Notes under the pieces: model-generated | Databases searched by the model: none | Seen by the model: only the letters and a program-made list of their open reading frames with translations | Told to the model about the DNA's origin: nothing | Assembly: GCF_988243305.1 (NCBI RefSeq) | Contig: NZ_OZ547136.1 | DNA length: 64,000 bases | Reading direction: 5' to 3' (one strand) | In this document: positions 1 through 9,446 of the stretch, piece after piece | Numbering within the stretch: position 1 is the stretch's first letter | Layout: each line of letters begins with the position of its first letter | Position numbers and translations under genes: made by a program

Positions 1-524
1 GCGTGCGTGCGGTTCGCGATCTGAAAGCGCTCTACCCGCACAAAATCGTACTGGCTGACGCCAAAATTGCCGATGCAGGCAAAATCCTTTCGCGTATGTG
101 CTTCGAAGCCAACGCTGACTGGGTGACCGTGATTTGTTGTGCGGATATCAACACCGCCAAAGGTGCGCTGGACGTGGCAAAAGAGTTTAACGGCGACGTG
201 CAGATCGAACTGACCGGTTACTGGACCTGGGAACAGGCGCAACAGTGGCGCGATGCAGGTATTCAGCAGGTGGTTTATCACCGCAGCCGTGACGCGCAGG
301 CCGCTGGCGTGGCATGGGGTGAAGCCGATATCACTGCGATCAAACGTCTTTCCGATATGGGCTTCAAAGTCACCGTCACCGGTGGCCTGGCGCTGGAAGA
401 TCTGCCGCTGTTCAAAGGCATTCCAATTCATGTGTTTATCGCCGGTCGCAGCATCCGTGATGCCGCTTCTCCGGTTGAAGCCGCGCGTCAGTTCAAACGT
501 TCCATCGCCGAACTGTGGGGCTAA
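1..524 (+). CDS. ulaD: 3-keto-L-gulonate-6-phosphate decarboxylase UlaD (5' end outside window)
   Basis: Translation matches the UlaD/SgbH decarboxylase C-terminal 173 aa (recalled); immediately followed by a ulaE start, and ulaF lies after the island. Confidence 0.9.
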   Translation, partial: VRAVRDLKALYPHKIVLADAKIADAGKILSRMCFEANADWVTVICCADINTAKGALDVAKEFNGDVQIELTGYWTWEQAQQWRDAGIQQVVYHRSRDAQAAGVAWGEADITAIKRLSDMGFKVTVTGGLALEDLPLFKGIPIHVFIAGRSIRDAASPVEAARQFKRSIAELWG

Positions 525-533
525 GGAGCGGAT

Positions 534-647
534 ATGTTGTCCAAACAAATCCCGCTTGGCATCTATGAAAAAGCGCTCCCCGCCGGGGATGAGCTTAAGA
601 TAGCTATAACATTGAATAATAAAAATATATTTAAATATATCGTATAA
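534..647 (+). pseudogene. ulaE: ulaE 5' fragment (L-ribulose-5-phosphate 3-epimerase), first 18 codons then island-derived read-through
   Basis: MLSKQIPLGIYEKALPAG matches the UlaE N-terminus; frame then enters AT-rich island sequence and stops. Confidence 0.8.
576..589. repeat. 14-bp direct repeat CTCCCCGCCGGGGA, left island junction (att core)
   Basis: Identical 14-mer at 50681..50694; deleting 590..50694 restores a continuous ulaE reading frame (…[13 protein letters not shown]…). Confidence 0.75.
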
Positions 648-669
648 ATAGCCCCCAATATAGCCCCCA
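647..669. repeat. Tandem ATAGCCCCCAA x2 (candidate integrase arm-type sites, left end)
   Basis: Two copies 1 bp apart; same TAGCCCCCA motif occurs twice at 50522..50542 just upstream of the integrase start. Confidence 0.45.
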
Positions 670-795
670 AGGTGTAGTTGTTATACATGAAGGTATATTG
701 AACTCTGTTGAAATATTATCTGTAATGGTTCAGTGAATGCAGCATACCTACCTGTCTTGTTCCGGGACGAGACACAATATCTGTGATATATAAGT

Positions 796-1644
796 CTATA
801 CTGAAGAAGAGACTTTTCCCGCATAATGTTTCGCAATAATATCATTTAGCCGATCAACCAGTTCTGGTTTCCTGAACGTGATATGTGCGGAGCCCTTCTT
901 AAAGTATCTGATGCTGAACATCTCATCTTCATAGCACGCTTTGCCCTGAACGGAGCGGATGTGATCATCCAGACGAATAGTGATGTTTTCCCGGTTGTCG
1001 GGGATTGGTTTGCCGCTGAACAGGTGCAGCATTCTTTCCTGGTCGGCAAGTCTATCTGCCTGTTGCCCGGTGATAAGATGCAATCCCCATCGGTCCCATC
1101 TCACCAGATTGTTGACGATAATTTTATTGCCAAATTTACAGGGGGAGTTGGTTTTGTAATTCCAGCTCAGCCCTCTGAAGAGGTTGATCACACCTCGCTC
1201 AAACACTTCATCCTTATTCTGGTGCAGTTGTTCAAATGTGCTCAGGATATTCGCCTCGCTGATTTCCGGAAAATTATCGTACTCCAGTGACCGGTACCAT
1301 GTATCACGGGCCTGTGCATCCATTAATGACAGCATCCCTGAACGTTGCATCAGGTCACGCCAGATTTCGCGGTCAAGGTTGCGGGTGATAGCTTTCATTG
1401 CGGTTTCCGTTTTATCCATCAGCCAGCAGCCGCAGCGAAAATCCTGTTTCATGGCCCAGTCCCGGGCGGTTTTACCTCCAATACTTTCTGTCAGTACTGA
1501 GATTTCTGCCAGTTGCCGGATAAGTGTGTCGATTTGCAGCAGCGCACTCTTTCGCACAGCTAGAATGTGGCTGACTGAGGTGGAGCAGATAACGTCCGTA
1601 TGCCCGTTGACCACTTCCGGACGGGAGGCTGTGATTTCAGACAT
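796..1644 (-). CDS. Hypothetical protein (282 aa) at the distal end of the CP4-like backbone
   Basis: Long ORF, same strand as the backbone genes; family not recognised. Confidence 0.5.
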   Translation of the reverse strand: MSEITASRPEVVNGHTDVICSTSVSHILAVRKSALLQIDTLIRQLAEISVLTESIGGKTARDWAMKQDFRCGCWLMDKTETAMKAITRNLDREIWRDLMQRSGMLSLMDAQARDTWYRSLEYDNFPEISEANILSTFEQLHQNKDEVFERGVINLFRGLSWNYKTNSPCKFGNKIIVNNLVRWDRWGLHLITGQQADRLADQERMLHLFSGKPIPDNRENITIRLDDHIRSVQGKACYEDEMFSIRYFKKGSAHITFRKPELVDRLNDIIAKHYAGKVSSSV

Positions 1645-1728
1645 AATCGTTTTTCCTTTTTACTGATAAACGAAAACGCCAGCCGTATTCAGGCTGGCGT
1701 CAGTGGAATGAAGTCTGGTGAGTAAGAC

Positions 1729-1926
1729 TCACCGGTTCTGTTGCAGAAACTGCACCTGGCGCAGGGTACGGATATCTTCCCTGGCCTGTTCAATGCAGGG
1801 CAGCAGTGCTGCTGAATCCGTGTTATCCTCATCGTTGTCGAAGATAATCCCTGATTCGCAGTCAATATTGTCCTGCAGCCACGCAATCAGAATATCCAGC
1901 GCCGTTTCTGTGGTTAATAATTTCAT
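1729..1926 (-). CDS. Small hypothetical protein (65 aa, MKLLTTETALDILIAWLQDN…)
   Basis: In-frame internal Met of a 144-aa ORF; lies just downstream of the YeeW-like gene. Confidence 0.35.
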   Translation of the reverse strand: MKLLTTETALDILIAWLQDNIDCESGIIFDNDEDNTDSAALLPCIEQAREDIRTLRQVQFLQQNR

Positions 1927-1945
1927 CCAGTGTCTTTTGTCCTGA

Positions 1946-2434
1946 TTACCAGTCGAAAGTGGGTAAATCCGGCAGACATTCTGCGCTGGCATCCAGATGA
2001 ATGAGACTGACGCCATAACGCCGGATGAGAGTGACAACCAGACGACGGAACGTTTTTGACAGGCCCAGGCGTTTAAGCTGCAGAATCGGGTATGACCATG
2101 CATTGGCACGTAACAGATATCCGCTGCCTGTAAAATGAATCCATTCTGATTCGCCGGTGTCATTCGTCTGATGTGACAGCGAGTACAGCCAGGCGTTGTC
2201 TGTTTCCGTGATATGTGCGGTGCTGCAGCGTATACCGCTCAGGGCAGCAGAGGGGGGCATGCTGTCAGTTGCGGTCCGGTCAGATGCATCAACAACACGA
2301 AGGGAGTAGCCATTATCGCAGACCACGTTAATCAGTTCGGCAAGCTCAATACCATCGATGTCAACGACAATGCGCCCCATGTTCAGCGCCTGCACGTTAA
2401 TGCTGTCGGCCTCCAGCGTCAGGGCCAGTTTCAT
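1946..2434 (-). CDS. YeeW-like hypothetical protein
   Basis: 162-aa ORF directly downstream of cbtA, the position YeeW-type genes occupy in CP4-44-like elements. Confidence 0.5.
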   Translation of the reverse strand: MKLALTLEADSINVQALNMGRIVVDIDGIELAELINVVCDNGYSLRVVDASDRTATDSMPPSAALSGIRCSTAHITETDNAWLYSLSHQTNDTGESEWIHFTGSGYLLRANAWSYPILQLKRLGLSKTFRRLVVTLIRRYGVSLIHLDASAECLPDLPTFDW

Positions 2435-2478
2435 TGTTTCGCCTCCGGATGCTTACCCAGGATAATGTCATTTACCGT

Positions 2479-2808
2479 TCAGTAGTGGCTGCGGGTCATC
2501 AGGCCGGTTGCCCGGCGGGCCCGGAGAATATCAATGCTGTTGATTAACTGCGACGGGGCTCCTGCGCTGAATCCCGGCTGGTCAGTTCGTACCAGCGCGT
2601 ATTTTTCAACGAGAAAGTTCACCGCATCACACAGTGAAATCCCTGCCTCAATATGCTGCTCAATCACACGTTCATCAGCGAACGGTGTGTCATTCAGCGT
2701 GAGGCCATAGTGCTGGTCCAGCAGTCGGGTGAGCAGTGTCTGCCAGATGGTGACGGGAGACGGGCAGCCCGATGCCTCCCGTACGTGAGTGTCGGGTAAT
2801 GTATTCAT
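2479..2808 (-). CDS. cbtA: CbtA/YeeV-family toxin (type IV toxin-antitoxin, cytoskeleton inhibitor)
   Basis: …[52 protein letters not shown]… matches CbtA/YkfI/YpjF; start taken at MNTLPD. Confidence 0.8.
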   Translation of the reverse strand: MNTLPDTHVREASGCPSPVTIWQTLLTRLLDQHYGLTLNDTPFADERVIEQHIEAGISLCDAVNFLVEKYALVRTDQPGFSAGAPSQLINSIDILRARRATGLMTRSHY

Positions 2809-2854
2809 CTTAAGTTCTCTGTAACAGGTGGTGATAAAGGGGAGATATCCGGGG

Positions 2855-3232
2855 TTATACGGTGATTGTGGGCGCTGCCGGTGTCGGATAAACAGCCAGA
2901 TAAACGTAACCACAACTGCCAAGGGTATCGGCTTCGCAGGTCAGCCCTTTCGCATACAGTGTGACGGTATGCTGATGACGGGGATTCAGTTCACCGCCGG
3001 TGAGCATGAGTTCCAGTTGTTTCATCAGCAACGGAAAGGCCTGGTCCAGATGGTACGCATCCGCGTCGCTGAACCGGCCTCTGATACCGGCGCGGTCGGC
3101 AAGGTAATGCAGGCGGTTACCCTCCTGTACCAGTCGGGCCCCGAAACAGGGCGTCACGGTGCAGGGCCCCCCCCACCAGGGGCGGTCGTGATTGTCGTCG
3201 GGATGCGTTGTCCCGGGGAGTGTGTCTGACAC
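2855..3232 (-). CDS. cbeA: CbeA/YeeU-family antitoxin
   Basis: [21 protein letters not shown]…[12 protein letters not shown]… matches CbeA/YafW/YfjZ; directly upstream of cbtA. Confidence 0.8.
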   Translation of the reverse strand: MSDTLPGTTHPDDNHDRPWWGGPCTVTPCFGARLVQEGNRLHYLADRAGIRGRFSDADAYHLDQAFPLLMKQLELMLTGGELNPRHQHTVTLYAKGLTCEADTLGSCGYVYLAVYPTPAAPTITV

Positions 3233-3307
3233 GATAAAGTCCTCACAAAAAATCGGTTAAGAATGGTCCGGTGGTGGCGATAATGCTGCTCATCAGAATG
3301 CCCTGAT

Positions 3308-3529
3308 TCAGTTCAGGGTGACGCTCATCAGCCGGACATACGGGCCAAAACTGTCCTTATGGCGTTCAGCAAACACGGCCAGCACTCCGGGAATATCCTG
3401 CACTTCACGACCGGTATACGCCCCGGCACTGCCGTGCCAGCGGTACTTACCGGTGCAGAACGGAAAAAGACGGGATGCCGGATGCTGTTGGTGAATACGC
3501 ATGGCTTCACCACGGGTGATGATTTTCAT
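3308..3529 (-). CDS. DUF987 protein (YeeT/YkfH-like)
   Basis: 73-aa ORF between RadC-like and cbeA, the conserved position of this family. Confidence 0.65.
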   Translation of the reverse strand: MKIITRGEAMRIHQQHPASRLFPFCTGKYRWHGSAGAYTGREVQDIPGVLAVFAERHKDSFGPYVRLMSVTLN

Positions 3530-3597
3530 GATGTGATACCTCTGAAGACAGAAGATAAAAGTGAAAACAGGTATGATGTGGTTGTGACGGTGACGGG

Positions 3598-4089
3598 TTA
3601 AAGCAGACCGTGTTCCGCAAAGGAGAAAACCTGGCTGCCACCGATTATCAGATGGTCCGGTACCCGGATATCCACCAGGGCCAGTGCCTGTACCAGACGC
3701 TCAGTGATAAGGCGGTCTGCCTTGCTGGGGGTGACTTCACCGGACGGGTGATTGTGCGCCAGCACCACGGCAGCGGCATTGTGGTACAGGGCGCGTTTAA
3801 TCACCTCCCGGGGATGGACTTCTGTGCGGTTGATGGTGCCAGTGAAGAGGGTTTCACCGGCAATCAGCTGATTCTGGTTGTTCAGGTACAGCACCCGGAA
3901 CTCTTCACGCTCCAGCCCTGCCATGTTCAGAATCAGCCATTCCCGTGCCGCACGGGTGGAGGTGAAGGCCACGCCGGGTTCATGAAGATGGCGGTCCAGG
4001 GTTTTCAGGGCCCGTTGAATGAGGCTGCGCTCGCCGGGCGTCATCTCTCCGGGCAGAAAGGAAAGCTGTTGCATTGTACTTCTCTCCAT
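3598..4089 (-). CDS. RadC-like JAB/MPN-domain protein (YeeS/YkfG/YfjY family)
   Basis: HNHPSG JAMM motif; conserved CP4-type context. Confidence 0.85.
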   Translation of the reverse strand: MERSTMQQLSFLPGEMTPGERSLIQRALKTLDRHLHEPGVAFTSTRAAREWLILNMAGLEREEFRVLYLNNQNQLIAGETLFTGTINRTEVHPREVIKRALYHNAAAVVLAHNHPSGEVTPSKADRLITERLVQALALVDIRVPDHLIIGGSQVFSFAEHGLL

Positions 4090-4563
4090 TCAGTCGATGA
4101 TGCGCATAATGGCGCTGCATTCCGGATGCTGCAGGGCGTAATCCCGCAGCCGGTAATAATGGACCGTCATGGCATAACACTCCGTACGACAGGCATGATG
4201 ACTGTACGTCATCAGACAGGCAGCAATGCCGGCAGCTTCCGGACTCATTTCAGCGCGGTTACCGTTCATGGCATTGAACAGTACCCATGTTTCGTCATCA
4301 TCGTCATCCGGTTCGGGTGCCATAAATGCCCCGCCGTTGTTCAGGGTGTACAGATTCCAGATACCACCGCAGTAGTCTTCGCACAGACGGTCCATCCAGC
4401 CGAAGACACGGGGCTCCAGGGTCACCCACTGTGGAATGAGGCCAAAGTGCTGCGGCCAGAAGCTGATGCGCTGTTCATCAGGGACGAGGGTGGCAACCAG
4501 TTGTTGCAGGTCAGTCTCCGGTGCACAGGCTGAAGAGGTGGTGTTCTGAGACAATGTTTTCAT
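4090..4563 (-). CDS. Antirestriction protein, KlcA/ArdB family (YfjX-like)
   Basis: Acidic DDDDDE stretch and conserved context upstream of radC-like; start taken at MKTLSQ. Confidence 0.7.
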   Translation of the reverse strand: MKTLSQNTTSSACAPETDLQQLVATLVPDEQRISFWPQHFGLIPQWVTLEPRVFGWMDRLCEDYCGGIWNLYTLNNGGAFMAPEPDDDDDETWVLFNAMNGNRAEMSPEAAGIAACLMTYSHHACRTECYAMTVHYYRLRDYALQHPECSAIMRIID

Positions 4564-4656
4564 GTATGAAATCCTTGTAATGTGAATAAATGAGAGGGAG
4601 TAAAGGCCGGGGGCTGACAACATCACGTTCATCACTGAGCGTGAGACCCGGTAATG

Positions 4657-4902
4657 TCAGGGATGAATGATATTCGGCTGAAATTCCGGACAGCCGTACG
4701 CGTAACCGTTCCGGTCACAGACGGATGGCCAGATGCCATTGCCTGTACTCAGTCTGCACAGACTGAGTTCTCCGGGACGGTAAAGCAGACGGGTACACCA
4801 GGCGCACAGGTCATCATCAGAAATGGAACGACACCCCGGCAGCGCCTCCGGGGCGTCGGGTGATTCTGGTACCTGAATCACGCCTTCAGGGATATGTTTC
4901 AT
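4657..4902 (-). CDS. Small hypothetical protein
   Basis: ORF between DUF932 and antirestriction genes; family not recognised. Confidence 0.3.
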   Translation of the reverse strand: MKHIPEGVIQVPESPDAPEALPGCRSISDDDLCAWCTRLLYRPGELSLCRLSTGNGIWPSVCDRNGYAYGCPEFQPNIIHP

Positions 4903-5723
4903 CAGCGCATACTCTCCAGCAGCGTTTCTGCCATTACCCACAATGCGCGGTTGAGCTTAATATCGGTGTCGATGCTGTGAATGGCACGGGTGTGGATACG
5001 TTTTCCTCTGGCACTGCGCCCGGAAATCCCCCCTTTCAGCATATTCTCCTGGATGGTCTGATAAGCACTCCACAGGTCCTTTCCGTAATCCTCCCGGCGT
5101 CGTGGCGTCAGAATGTCGGCGGTGGTGACGGGCTGATGTTCGTCACCATAACGGTAAGTCAGTGCCGCCTGTGCCAGCGCCTGGCGTGCCGGTGGCGGCA
5201 GGACCAGCGACTGCATGGCATCACGCTTCTCCTCTATCCGGTCAAAAACCCCCACCACCTCGTAAGCCCCTTCGATAACTTTCTCCACTACATTTCCCCG
5301 GTGCGGAACACGCACTTCCCCCAGAGACTGACCACAGACGCACCCGTTCTGGCAGACGAACCTGAAGTAACCCGGCAGCATCTGGTAGCTGGATGAACCG
5401 TCATGAGAGTTGAGCAGAATAATTTCAGGGACATGCTGACCGGTTATCTGTCCGGCCCGCCGCAGACGCAGCATGTGTTTTGTGTATTCCCGGCGACCCG
5501 GGTCACGCACACGTGTCTGGCAGGCGAAGAATGGCTGAAAGCCTTCCCGCTGCAGGCTTTCCAGTACGGTGATGGTGGGAATGTACGCATAGCGTTTACT
5601 GCGGGAAGTATGCCGGTCTTCACCGAAAATACTGGGAACATAGTGCATCAGTTCTTCGTGTGTCAGCGGACGGTCACGGCGTATCTGGTTTGCAGCATAA
5701 CCAAAACGACTGGCTAGTCGCAT
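4902..5723 (-). CDS. DUF932-family protein (YfjQ/YafZ/YkfF-like)
   Basis: 273-aa ORF with the recalled family signature (…EIILLNSHDGSSSYQ…); conserved CP4-type gene. Confidence 0.7.
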   Translation of the reverse strand: MRLASRFGYAANQIRRDRPLTHEELMHYVPSIFGEDRHTSRSKRYAYIPTITVLESLQREGFQPFFACQTRVRDPGRREYTKHMLRLRRAGQITGQHVPEIILLNSHDGSSSYQMLPGYFRFVCQNGCVCGQSLGEVRVPHRGNVVEKVIEGAYEVVGVFDRIEEKRDAMQSLVLPPPARQALAQAALTYRYGDEHQPVTTADILTPRRREDYGKDLWSAYQTIQENMLKGGISGRSARGKRIHTRAIHSIDTDIKLNRALWVMAETLLESMR

Positions 5724-6115
5724 AATTTGCTCCTTATCGGTGGTTAAGATTTACTGGTGTAATAAATGAAAAAGCCACGTCTCCCGGAGAAGACGCGGCC
5801 TGATGGACGAAATTAATGAGGTTTATTGTCTGAGAAGACCGTCACTGGCGAACCTTCCGGCGTCAGTCTCTGCGTTGCGGATAACCCGACGGAAATGAGT
5901 TCCCTGGTCATCGTCGATAAACACATTGCGGTAAGCTGTTGTGATGACAACAGCCTGCTCGCGTGAGAAAGGGACTTCGGGCAATAAACGTGACATACAA
6001 CCAGACCTGTATTTGGTTCCCTGAAAATATAAGTCCCTGTCATCATGGCAGAGCCGTATTTACTTTTGATATCAATAAATTAATAACGCGAAGATGAACC
6101 GCATAACTTACGCCT

Positions 6116-6379
6116 TTAATTTGTTTTGTTTACGTAGTCCCTGACCAGGTACGCGAATTCGTGAACGCCAGTTTCACCAAACCAAATCAGGTAACCAGGG
6201 TCGATGTTGTAATAGTAACCAACGACTTTATGCGTTTTTGGGTTATAGAGTGTTACGATATAGTCCCAGCCGCAGGCGTGGGCTTTACAACCGCCACCTT
6301 CTACCCAGGTCGTTCCGTTAATGTTTACAGGATACGCACCACCATCAGGACCATCCATATAGCCGTCTTCCCCAAACAT
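6116..6379 (-). pseudogene. Possible C-terminal remnant of a gene truncated by IS1
   Basis: 87-aa ORF whose upstream side runs into the IS1 end at 6547; no credible start. Confidence 0.25.
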
Positions 6380-6561
6380 TCCGTTTAACCCAACAGGGTT
6401 TAATGCTTTGTCGATAGCAGCTCTGTAGGTAGCGTCACCTTCGTATAACTCGTACGTTGTTGGACATGCACCAGGCTGGTCAGCCCGGGCTTTTGAGTCG
6501 CATTTAAGTGTCTGATTTACAGTGGCGGCGTTTGTGTCAGGACTTAGGTAATGACTCCAAC

Positions 6562-7065
6562 TTATTGATAGTGTTTTATGTTCAGATAATGCCCGATGAC
6601 TTTGTCATGCAGCTCCACCGATTTTGAGAACGACAGCGACTTCCGTCCCAGCCGTGCCAGGTGCTGCCTCAGATTCAGGTTATGCCGCTCAATTCGCTGC
6701 GTATATCGCTTGCTGATTACGTGCAGCTTTCCCTTCAGGCGGGATTCATACAGCGGCCAGCCATCCGCCATCCATATCACCACGTCAAAGGGTGACAGCA
6801 GGCTCATAAGACGCCCCAGCGTCGCCATAGTGCGTTCACCGAATACGTGCGCAACAACCGTCTTCCGGAGCCTGTCATACGCGTAAAACAGCCAGCGCTG
6901 GCGCGATTTAGCCCCGACATAGCCCCACTGTTCGTCCATTTCCGCGCAGACGATGACGTCACTGCCCGGCTGTATGCGCGAGGTTACCGACTGCGGCCTG
7001 AGTTTTTTAAGTGACGTAAAATCGTGTTGAGGCCAACGCCCATAATGCGGGCTGTTGCCCGGCAT
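6562..7065 (-). CDS. insB: IS1 InsB (expressed as InsAB' by frameshift)
   Basis: 167-aa IS1 transposase ORF overlapping insA. Confidence 0.9.
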
Positions 7066-7259
7066 CCAACGCCATTCATGGCCATATCAATGATTTTCTG
7101 GTGCGTACCGGGTTGAGAAGCGGTGTAAGTGAACTGCAGTTGCCATGTTTTACGGCAGTGAGAGCAGAGATAGCGCTGATGTCCGGCGGTGCTTTTGCCG
7201 TTACGCACCACCCCGTCAGTAGCTGAACAGGAGGGACAGCTGATAGAAACAGAAGCCAC
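6984..7259 (-). CDS. insA: IS1 InsA
   Basis: 91 aa, [23 protein letters not shown]… zinc-finger/HTH InsA. Confidence 0.9.
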
Positions 7260-7425
7260 TGGAGCACTTCAAAAACGCCATCATACACTAAATCAGTAAG
7301 TTGGCAGCATCACCTAAGTGCTTTTACGATGAATTTCATGATAACTCTCCTTATGACATTAATAAATGCGTTAATCTTAAATCTCACCCAGGTAATATAT
7401 ATCTGAAAATATTTTCAACAACACC

Positions 7426-7450
7426 AGACAGGAAAAACACCACCACAGGC
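7426..7450 (-). terminator. Putative rho-independent terminator downstream of the patatin gene
   Basis: On the minus strand CCACC-N6-GGTGG stem followed by a T-rich tract, about 25 bp after the stop codon. Confidence 0.4.
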
Positions 7451-7473
7451 GGTGGCGTTTCTTTGGGGCGTCT

Positions 7474-8544
7474 TTATTTAATCCGGGCCATCGCGCTTCT
7501 CAGTGCCAAATCTGCCTCTTCCGTTATCTCCAGACTTTTCTGCAACACCGTTTCTGACCGGGACAGTGCCTGACGTGCTGCCAGCGGTTTCCGGATATGC
7601 TCCATCGTCAGCATCGTGTCCTCGTAGCCCTGCTGACGCCAGGCGTCGGTATGTGCCGACGTGAAACTGAGCAGACCGCCACTGTTGCCACCATCACCTG
7701 CATATTTCAGCCTTTTCCGGGGACGGATCTCAAGGATTGTGGTGTCCGGAAAAGCCTGGCGATCCCATAAAGAACCGTCACTCAGATGCGACACAATCAC
7801 CATATTGCATCCGGCATCGACCAGAGGCGTTACAGGGGTATTTCCCTGCATATTTCGCCATCCTCCCATACCACCATCACCGAACATTGTCCCCTGAACC
7901 TCACGGGGACGGAACAACAGGGGCAGTGCGGCTGACGCAAGCAGAGCCTCTTTCTGCTGTCCGCGGGGCAGACTCTGGATATGCTGAAAAACGGCGTTTT
8001 TCGTGGTTCCGGAACCCAGTTCAGCACGAATGCAGTCAATAATATCCTGCATGCCCCCTTCTGTGGGGTACAGCGACACATACAGCGGTAGCCCGTCTGC
8101 CAGAGCATCTGTATCAAGATAATGATCCATCAGCGCTGTCAGGGGCCCATCTGACAACAACGGCTGAGTCATCGGATTGTCGAAGCCGTTGATTATCGAT
8201 ATATGGCGAAGAAGTGTCGTAAGCAGTGCTCCTGCACGTCCGGGGATCTGGCAGAGGTTCATTGCCTGGAACAATTTTTTCAGCAATGAAAAGTAAACCG
8301 ATCGGTTTACCGACAGCACCTGATTATTCCCAAGATGATCCCAGAGCGCCTCCAGGCGTACGGCAGCTTCTGACAGATCGGGAGAGGCCGCGATAATGGC
8401 ACCATTGAATGCGCCAATGCTGGCCCCTGAAACCATGCTGATCTGTGTACCACACTCTGCCAGTGCCTTAACCACTCCCGCCTGATAAGCGCCCACCGCC
8501 CCACCGCCGGACAGCACCAGCCCTGTTTTTATTTCTATACTCAT
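7474..8544 (-). CDS. Patatin-like phospholipase (356 aa)
   Basis: GGGAVGAYQAG glycine-rich oxyanion motif, GASIGA (GxSxG) nucleophile, DGG catalytic Asp; start overlaps upstream stop (ATGA). Confidence 0.85.
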   Translation of the reverse strand: MSIEIKTGLVLSGGGAVGAYQAGVVKALAECGTQISMVSGASIGAFNGAIIAASPDLSEAAVRLEALWDHLGNNQVLSVNRSVYFSLLKKLFQAMNLCQIPGRAGALLTTLLRHISIINGFDNPMTQPLLSDGPLTALMDHYLDTDALADGLPLYVSLYPTEGGMQDIIDCIRAELGSGTTKNAVFQHIQSLPRGQQKEALLASAALPLLFRPREVQGTMFGDGGMGGWRNMQGNTPVTPLVDAGCNMVIVSHLSDGSLWDRQAFPDTTILEIRPRKRLKYAGDGGNSGGLLSFTSAHTDAWRQQGYEDTMLTMEHIRKPLAARQALSRSETVLQKSLEITEEADLALRSAMARIK

Positions 8545-9446
8545 GCAGCCCCCTTCTGAAATATTTCATCGACCATACTTTCAGAGAGGCGTTCTGCAGA
8601 GCAGAGACGGGGCATGCGAACCGGTAAGTGTTCTGCAGCCTGCGTGGTTGACCAGATCACCGGATGCTGCTCTTCACTGCACCAGTCCCCCAGCCAGTTA
8701 ATCGCGTCATGCCACTCGTTATCTGCCTGCTCCCGGCCCTGACCACCAAGCCAGTCCAGAGTGTTCAGACGCACGGTTGCACTACCGCCACTCTCCTGTG
8801 CCATCTGCGTTAATGCTTTATGTCTGAGAATATCCAGTAGCTGGTTAACCTGGCCTGTTTCGCCCTGACGTATCACATCACCAAACGCGCCCCAGCGAAG
8901 CTCTTCAAGTGCCACATAACAACGTCCGGCAGGGGAAAATGACGCATATCGCCCGGCGCTCCACCAGGAGAATATCTGCTCAAGATGTAACTGCGCCCGC
9001 TGAACCAGGTCAACACGGTGGAGTTTTTCTTCAAGATGATTCAGTTTCTGGTGAACCTGATCGGCCAGGGTGAGTAACTGCTCCCGCGTATCTGCGGAAT
9101 AATGCGCCAGCCTGGCAGTATCACTGACCAGTGAACTGACCCTGTCGTTTACCCGGGTAATCGCGTAGTTTGTGGTGGCAAGTGACGTTGTCAGCTCCGT
9201 CAGCCAGCGCAGGGACGCCTCAACGCCCTGTGCAAGCGAAGCATTGATGGCATTCTGCCGTGCAGCACCTTCGCCGCTCAGCCCCTCTTTTAACCGCCGG
9301 AAGAACGTGCGCTCTCCGGCCGTACGGATATGCTCCTGTGCAACATCAATACCGTTTGCGAAATCAACCACAAATTTTTCAGGAAGACAGGTGAGTACCT
9401 GACATACCCGGTTATCAGCAATTTGTTGAATAAATGGTGAAGTCAC
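8541..9446 (-). CDS. Hypothetical protein, partner of the dynamin-like GTPase (possibly YjcZ-like), 301 aa
   Basis: ORF overlapping both neighbours by 4 bp; no TM segments; YjcZ-like assignment is only by synteny with crfC(yjdA)-yjcZ. Confidence 0.6.
   Translation of the reverse strand: MTSPFIQQIADNRVCQVLTCLPEKFVVDFANGIDVAQEHIRTAGERTFFRRLKEGLSGEGAARQNAINASLAQGVEASLRWLTELTTSLATTNYAITRVNDRVSSLVSDTARLAHYSADTREQLLTLADQVHQKLNHLEEKLHRVDLVQRAQLHLEQIFSWWSAGRYASFSPAGRCYVALEELRWGAFGDVIRQGETGQVNQLLDILRHKALTQMAQESGGSATVRLNTLDWLGGQGREQADNEWHDAINWLGDWCSEEQHPVIWSTTQAAEHLPVRMPRLCSAERLSESMVDEIFQKGAA

Larger units (their letters stand above)
6547..7315 (-). mobile_element. IS1 insertion sequence (complete, about 768 bp)
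   Basis: Terminal GGTAATGACTCCAACTTATTGATAGTG… inverted repeats at both ends; insA and insB present. Confidence 0.95.

Noticed and set aside
253-603. 116-aa plus-strand ORF overlapping ulaD
   Set aside because: Alternative frame of ulaD that runs across the ulaD stop and island junction; no support.
3610-4533. 307-aa plus-strand ORF
   Set aside because: It is entirely antisense to the RadC-like and antirestriction genes and has no ribosome-binding site; it looks like a chance open frame.
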